Shown here in pieces: positions 24,566 to 32,000 of a stretch of DNA of 32,000 nt. This DNA is from Ignicoccus pacificus DSM 13166 (lineage in GTDB: Archaea; Thermoproteota; Thermoprotei_A; Sulfolobales; Ignicoccaceae). The stretch spans positions 1,590,001 through 1,622,000 of the forward strand of contig CP006868.1 of the NCBI GenBank assembly GCA_025340205.1, written 5' to 3'. Below the pieces are notes generated by a model. That model did not search any database. It was not told where the DNA came from and was given only the letters and a program-made list of their open reading frames with translations. How positions within the stretch are numbered: position 1 is the stretch's first letter; each line of letters begins with the position of its first letter. The translations under genes and the position numbers were made by a program.

Positions 24566-27376
24566 TTAGTGTGAAAGGAAAGCCTCGAGCTTGCTCGTTC
24601 CGCTGAGGTATGCGCTGTCGATACTGAATGCCTTCAGTATTTGACCTAATGTGGTTTCTATTACATCGAAGTACTTATCTAGATCGAGTTCGGGTAGTTT
24701 GGCCAGTTGTACCGGTTTAACGCCTTCGGATCCCTTCACCTTGACGAACGATATTACATCACCTTGTCCTACTTCCACTCCAAACCTCTTCAGCATTAAA
24801 GCTGCCTTGACGTGCTGAGGCATGTTCTTCGTATATGCCTCAAGTGGTTTCGTCAATTGCATGTGGAAGGCAAGCTCGTCCAAGTCGTAGTACTGCCTTC
24901 TCAGATTGGTATATAACTGCTTTACGACTTCCTTCACCTTTCTTCTGGTCTCCACCACTTCTTCTGGAGTGTTTATCTCTTTAATCATGTCTATTAACTG
25001 TATGAAGGTTTGTTTGACGAATAAAGGCGTGTTCCTCTTCTTTCCTAGTAATCCCTTCACATCTATGCTTCCATCGGGATACACACCTATGTAGTTCTTC
25101 TTGAGGCCAGTAAACGCTACGAACTTGTACACCTTATCTATCTCTATTTCTAATCCGAACTTCTCCTTGACCCAAGCTATTATCTTGTCCAGTATCTCCT
25201 TGGGCGGTGACCATAAGAACATCGAGTCGGTATCACCATAAAGTACGACAATGCCGTTTTTCTCGGCATAGTTCATTGTCGCCTTTATTGCATATCTGCC
25301 GAACGCTGTAATGCTCTCAGCAGCGGGAGGACAATAAAGCTCGAAGCTGTCTGCTCCAAGGACTCCGTAGGAGGCGTTGATATACACCTTCATTGCCGAT
25401 TGGACTGTATTATACCATTCTCTTAATCTATCGTCTAAGCTCTTGTCCTTTGCCTTCTTCTTATATATTTTAACTCTGTAATCTCTCAATAGGCCTACTA
25501 TGAGGGGAGTTATACCTTCCCTATCCTGACATATCTTGTGACCCACCTCAGGGGCTTCAATATACTTCTTACAATTGGGTTCGTTAACTGTCTCGTAACT
25601 TATGTTATACTTCTTGATTATTGTTGGATATAGGGATGCGAAGTCTAATACAACTACATTGAAGAATATCCCTGCCACTGGCTCGAATACGAACGCCCCT
25701 TGATACCTCTTTCCTTTAATTATTGCAGAGCTCTTTATCGAACCCTTCATTCTTTCTATGTCTTCTTTGTTAGGTATTAGGTACCTTCTTCTCCTGTGCT
25801 CCCAGAAGAACAAGTTCTTGATCCACGCGGACACTTGTTTCCTCGTAACATCTTCGATGCTCATTTTCGAAATTCGTGAAATCAGTACCATTAGTTTCCA
25901 TGGAAGCCATGAATTGAAGGTGAGCAAGTTCAACGTGAGCTTGGCGTCTCTAAAGTTGTAAATTACTAGTTCATCGTAGTTTAGCTCACTAATCGACTTC
26001 GTAATCTGGACCTTATGCTCTCCTAGAAGCGCTGAAGCCACTGCATCTAGGTTCACTTCCTTATACTTGTTACCGAACGCATAGGTCTTGATCGCATTTA
26101 TGTCGTAGAACTGGTATAGATCGATATGAATTCCATGCTTGGTGGTGAACATGTCATTACTCTTTTTGAATATTATCATGTCGTCTGGAATTCCAAGTAA
26201 CTTAGCCCTATGGAATATGTAGTTAAGGTCGAAGTTGTCACCGTTGTAGGTTATGAGCACTGGGTATTGTCTTATTATTCTCAAGAGCTCAAGGAGTAAC
26301 GCCTTTTCAGAGTCATAGAACTCTACCTCGAAGTCCTGTTTCTTTAGATTCTCTATCTCTTCTTCTGTTAGCCTCTTGTCATTCCTCAATAGGACTAGTA
26401 CCTTCTTCAAGCCATCAGAGCCAGCTATAGCCACCGACGTTATTGGATAGGGAGCCTTCTCTGGGTCAGGGATCCTACCAACGGAGGGCGTGAAGACCTC
26501 TATGTCTATCGCGACCGCCTTTATATGAGGCGGCGGTGCCTCGAAGACAGGAATCCATGATATTGCCATGTTCTTGAACTCTTCGCTCTCTTCCTCGAAG
26601 GCCTTCAGAACTTTACTTACCTCTTCTCCTGTTATCCTATGAGGCATTGGTACCAACCTCTTTGACTTTACCGTATACTTGAGCATAGGTATTAGGCCTA
26701 GATCGTACACGTAATTATCATGATACTTTATCTTGGCCTCCCAAGCTGTCGGAACCTTATCCCTCAACTTTCTCACGGCTAATGGATCGGTCGTGTAGAT
26801 CTTGGTAAGTCTCTTAAGCTCCTTATTGAGTAGGTCGTACCTATAAACCACATCCATTCCAGCAAAGGTTTCCTCTCTAGTTATTCCCATTCTCCTTGCT
26901 TCTTCAGGAGTTACGTCAGTTAAGAAGTAAGGCTTATGGCCATAGGTATCCACCCATTCAACTATTTCATGTTTCTTTTCATCATATAAGAGGAGTACTG
27001 CCTTTCCTCTATGTCCATCGTAGAGTACTTGGAACAGATAATACTCGGAACCTTCACTGGCCTCTGGTGCGCCTTTCATGAGCACGCTATAGTCCCTAGC
27101 GCCGGCAGAGGCCGGTAAAGCTACCCGGAGAGCTCTCCTCGTAGAGCTGAGCTTAGGGGTTGCTTGAACGTGTTTAGGTTTCTCAGCCTTCACAAAGTAG
27201 CTTAGGGTGCTCGTTTCAATGCTCCTATTTACCCTCCTTTCTATCACTTTTACTTGTGCAGTATTGGCCTTCTTCTCCTTCCCATTACCGTTACCCTTTT
27301 TCTCTATTTCTTTCTTAGAGCCCTTCCCACCATTTAAGAAGTCCAAGAGCGTTGGTCCCCTATGTCTACGCTTCAA
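24566..27376 (-). CDS. Family-B DNA polymerase (replicative type)
   Basis: 936 aa; Exo I AVDIEVFTP, Exo II ITYNGDNFDLNY, Exo III YNFRDAKLT, motif A VVLDFASLYPTIIKKYNIS, motif B VYINASYGVLGADSFELY, motif C VLYGDTDSMFLW. All catalytic acids are present. Confidence 0.97.
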   Translation of the reverse strand: MKRRHRGPTLLDFLNGGKGSKKEIEKKGNGNGKEKKANTAQVKVIERRVNRSIETSTLSYFVKAEKPKHVQATPKLSSTRRALRVALPASAGARDYSVLMKGAPEASEGSEYYLFQVLYDGHRGKAVLLLYDEKKHEIVEWVDTYGHKPYFLTDVTPEEARRMGITREETFAGMDVVYRYDLLNKELKRLTKIYTTDPLAVRKLRDKVPTAWEAKIKYHDNYVYDLGLIPMLKYTVKSKRLVPMPHRITGEEVSKVLKAFEEESEEFKNMAISWIPVFEAPPPHIKAVAIDIEVFTPSVGRIPDPEKAPYPITSVAIAGSDGLKKVLVLLRNDKRLTEEEIENLKKQDFEVEFYDSEKALLLELLRIIRQYPVLITYNGDNFDLNYIFHRAKLLGIPDDMIIFKKSNDMFTTKHGIHIDLYQFYDINAIKTYAFGNKYKEVNLDAVASALLGEHKVQITKSISELNYDELVIYNFRDAKLTLNLLTFNSWLPWKLMVLISRISKMSIEDVTRKQVSAWIKNLFFWEHRRRRYLIPNKEDIERMKGSIKSSAIIKGKRYQGAFVFEPVAGIFFNVVVLDFASLYPTIIKKYNISYETVNEPNCKKYIEAPEVGHKICQDREGITPLIVGLLRDYRVKIYKKKAKDKSLDDRLREWYNTVQSAMKVYINASYGVLGADSFELYCPPAAESITAFGRYAIKATMNYAEKNGIVVLYGDTDSMFLWSPPKEILDKIIAWVKEKFGLEIEIDKVYKFVAFTGLKKNYIGVYPDGSIDVKGLLGKKRNTPLFVKQTFIQLIDMIKEINTPEEVVETRRKVKEVVKQLYTNLRRQYYDLDELAFHMQLTKPLEAYTKNMPQHVKAALMLKRFGVEVGQGDVISFVKVKGSEGVKPVQLAKLPELDLDKYFDVIETTLGQILKAFSIDSAYLSGTSKLEAFLSH

Positions 27377-27423
27377 TAATCGTGACCCGTCAGTGCAATA
27401 GGACTACAGCGGTAAAAGAGTGG

Positions 27424-28491
27424 TTAGCGCTTTTTAAAGAACATGTCGAGGCCCACTTGTCTATACCGTATTTTCTCTCTCCAAGCCTTCATCAGCCTTT
27501 CTATTGCTCTCTTCACTCTCTCTTCATTGAAATCATGTTCTACCACTAATATTTCGTATATCTTTTGAGGATCCGGCTCCCTCCATTCTAGCTTGTAGTT
27601 ATCCGTAACCTCGGGGTGTAAGAATATCTCCTTTGCAGCTAGGAAGGGTTCTACGTCCCTTACACCTAAACTTCTCAATATTCTCTCGAGGTCTTTGTAA
27701 GTCTTTACAAGATGAAGGGCTCTCTTCGGGCCTACTCCTTTCACCCCTTCATTGAAATCAGTTCCAATTAACACAGCGATGTCTATCAATTGTTCTCTTG
27801 TGATGCCTAGTTTTTCTAATACACACTGGAGCGTTATCTCTTCGGGTTCTATTACAATATATTCCCTTTTACCTGGAAGCTTTCTTCTTCCCGTTATTGT
27901 AAGGTTACGAACCAAACGAGGACTTCCGAAAAGAAGAGAATCATAATCTTGGCTACCGCTAGCCCAGACTGAGCCTTTCTGAGCCATGTACGCCGCTTGA
28001 GCCTCTCCTTCGCTAGGAGCTTGCACCCAAGGAACACCCATGGCATCGAGGAGTTTCTTCGCTTCCTCTACCATTTCCTTGCTCAATCTCGCACTCATCT
28101 GAGCGTACTTCCTCGCCTCCTCTACCTCGCCCTTTCTAATTGCTTCTTCGTATTTTTCCTTTGCCTTTTCCTTGATCTCTATTCTCCTTTCGATCTCTCT
28201 CGATTTTAGTCTTGGTGGCTTACCATCAAAGACATAAGCAATTCTTATTCCATGTTCCAGCATATTTATCGTTCTGTAAAAGAGCCCCGAGAGGTGACTC
28301 GTCACTCTCCCCTTAGAATCCATTAAGGGTCGTCCATCCTCTCCTCTAATAGCAGCTAAGAACTGATATAGAGAATTGTAAGCGTCTAAAGCTATACTCT
28401 TTCCAGAGAGCGCCCTTAGGCTATGCTCTCTCTTACATTGAGGAGGGATTATTTCTCTTAATGCAGAAACACCCAAGGGATTCTTCCCCAT
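27424..28491 (-). CDS. fen: Flap endonuclease 1
   Basis: [89 protein letters not shown]; C-terminal PIP box QVGLDMFF. Confidence 0.97.
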   Translation of the reverse strand: MGKNPLGVSALREIIPPQCKREHSLRALSGKSIALDAYNSLYQFLAAIRGEDGRPLMDSKGRVTSHLSGLFYRTINMLEHGIRIAYVFDGKPPRLKSREIERRIEIKEKAKEKYEEAIRKGEVEEARKYAQMSARLSKEMVEEAKKLLDAMGVPWVQAPSEGEAQAAYMAQKGSVWASGSQDYDSLLFGSPRLVRNLTITGRRKLPGKREYIVIEPEEITLQCVLEKLGITREQLIDIAVLIGTDFNEGVKGVGPKRALHLVKTYKDLERILRSLGVRDVEPFLAAKEIFLHPEVTDNYKLEWREPDPQKIYEILVVEHDFNEERVKRAIERLMKAWREKIRYRQVGLDMFFKKR

Positions 28492-28512
28492 GAAACGAAT
28501 GAGGAAACAAAG

Positions 28513-28788
28513 TTAAGAGCTGGTCTCTACGGGAGTCTTGTTCAACGAAATTATCAAGTTATTCTTGACTCTCCTCACATGTATTAATCCATTGAGCTCT
28601 AGATACATTAATGCCTTTATTACCTCCACCTTGGATATTCCAACTTCCTTAAAGGGTTCGACGTATTGTAGTCTTTCGATGAGACCGCCAGCTCCGTCAA
28701 GCTGTATCGACTCTACAGCAGAGAGGATGTTGTAAATTATGAAATAGAGGGGATTCTTCCTCCATATACCCAGCTTGTCCTTAGCCAT
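28513..28788 (-). CDS. Small winged-helix-like hypothetical protein, 91 aa
   Basis: YVEPFKEVGISKVEVIKALMYLELNGLIHVRRVKNNLIISLN resembles a wHTH recognition helix plus wing. It sits between cdc48 and fen with 9- and 21-nt gaps. Confidence 0.6.
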   Translation of the reverse strand: MAKDKLGIWRKNPLYFIIYNILSAVESIQLDGAGGLIERLQYVEPFKEVGISKVEVIKALMYLELNGLIHVRRVKNNLIISLNKTPVETSS

Positions 28789-28797
28789 GCTCTCACC

Positions 28798-31432
<2,635 letters not shown>

Positions 31433-31451
<19 letters not shown>

Positions 31452-32000
31452 AGATCCCTCACCCTTACCAAAGCAACTTCCAGTCCCTTTCTATTAAGAT
31501 AGAAATAGGTCTTCGCGCTCGTGGTCATAATTCTCTTATAACCCAAACGTTCTATCGGCGTCACAACACTACAAGTCCCCTTCACTACCTTGATACCCTT
31601 GTTCTCCAAGCTCTGAATTATACCTTCTCGTAAAGCCTCATCGAATACCTTCGGCGAAGTAGCTATCCAGAACTCTCTGCTAACTTTATCCTTTATTATT
31701 TCGTTTATTTTCTTTAGCTCGTTTAAGTTTGAATGAGGACATCCGTGAAATATTAGCTCTGGATCATTGAATCGAAACAGTTCTTCTATTTCCTTTTCGT
31801 CGATCTCAACTCTTTCTTCGTCACCAATATCGTATGTTCCTCGGGGAGTTACCTTCTCCAGAACGCTTAGTGCTATCCCTCCAGAAGCGGCTGAAGCTGC
31901 TAGCATTAGCTTCATCGACTCCTCATCTTGCGGTGGTTTAGGATAGCGAGGTATTCCGCTTCCCACCTTTTCACCTACAAGGTATCCTAAGGCACTCCAC
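31433..32000 (-). CDS. Aconitase X catalytic protein (DUF521), phosphomevalonate dehydratase large subunit, truncated at right window edge
   Basis: The frame is open to the window edge (...WSALGYLVGEKVGSGIPRYPKPP...). LMLAASAASGGIALSVL, PELIFHGCPHSNLNEL, KGTCSVVTPIERLGYKRIMTTSAKTYFYL. Confidence 0.88.

Noticed and set aside
27377-27423. Possible tRNA or small RNA between fen and polB
   Set aside because: Only 47 nt and no T-loop GGTTCRA consensus. No tRNA-like structure was seen in any gap.

Overview
This 32-kb window is a gene-dense stretch of a thermophilic crenarchaeal chromosome. The gene content and the many GTG/TTG starts suggest Desulfurococcales, possibly Ignicoccus-like, but that is inference from protein character and not from a search. 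I saw no mobile elements, CRISPR arrays, rRNA or tRNA genes. Most of the window is housekeeping: adenylate kinase (truncated at the left edge), L34e, RtcB, MoeA, HisG, Cmk, an Mrp/NBP35 ATPase, mevalonate kinase, S30e (49 aa, absent from the ORF track), threonine synthase, DNA ligase, BtpA-family, PurM, TiaS, prephenate dehydratase, a pyruvoyl arginine/AdoMet decarboxylase, creatininase-family, family-B DNA polymerase, FEN-1, Cdc48 AAA+ ATPase, and both subunits of the aconitase-X/phosphomevalonate dehydratase (large subunit truncated at the right edge). The less routine content is: a membrane-anchored Regnase/Zc3h12a-like RNase; an isolated MqnA-like protein; an ASCH-HTH fusion; a ubiquitin-fold protein ending in RG; a secreted HExxH protease; a TiaS with an altered DDTDS-like motif; an ACT domain with YSRP instead of ESRP; a long hairpin over a stop codon; and pervasive 3'-3' overlaps in which three unrelated convergent pairs share the tetranucleotide CTAA as both stop codons. 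I found no convincing novel multi-gene defense-type system.
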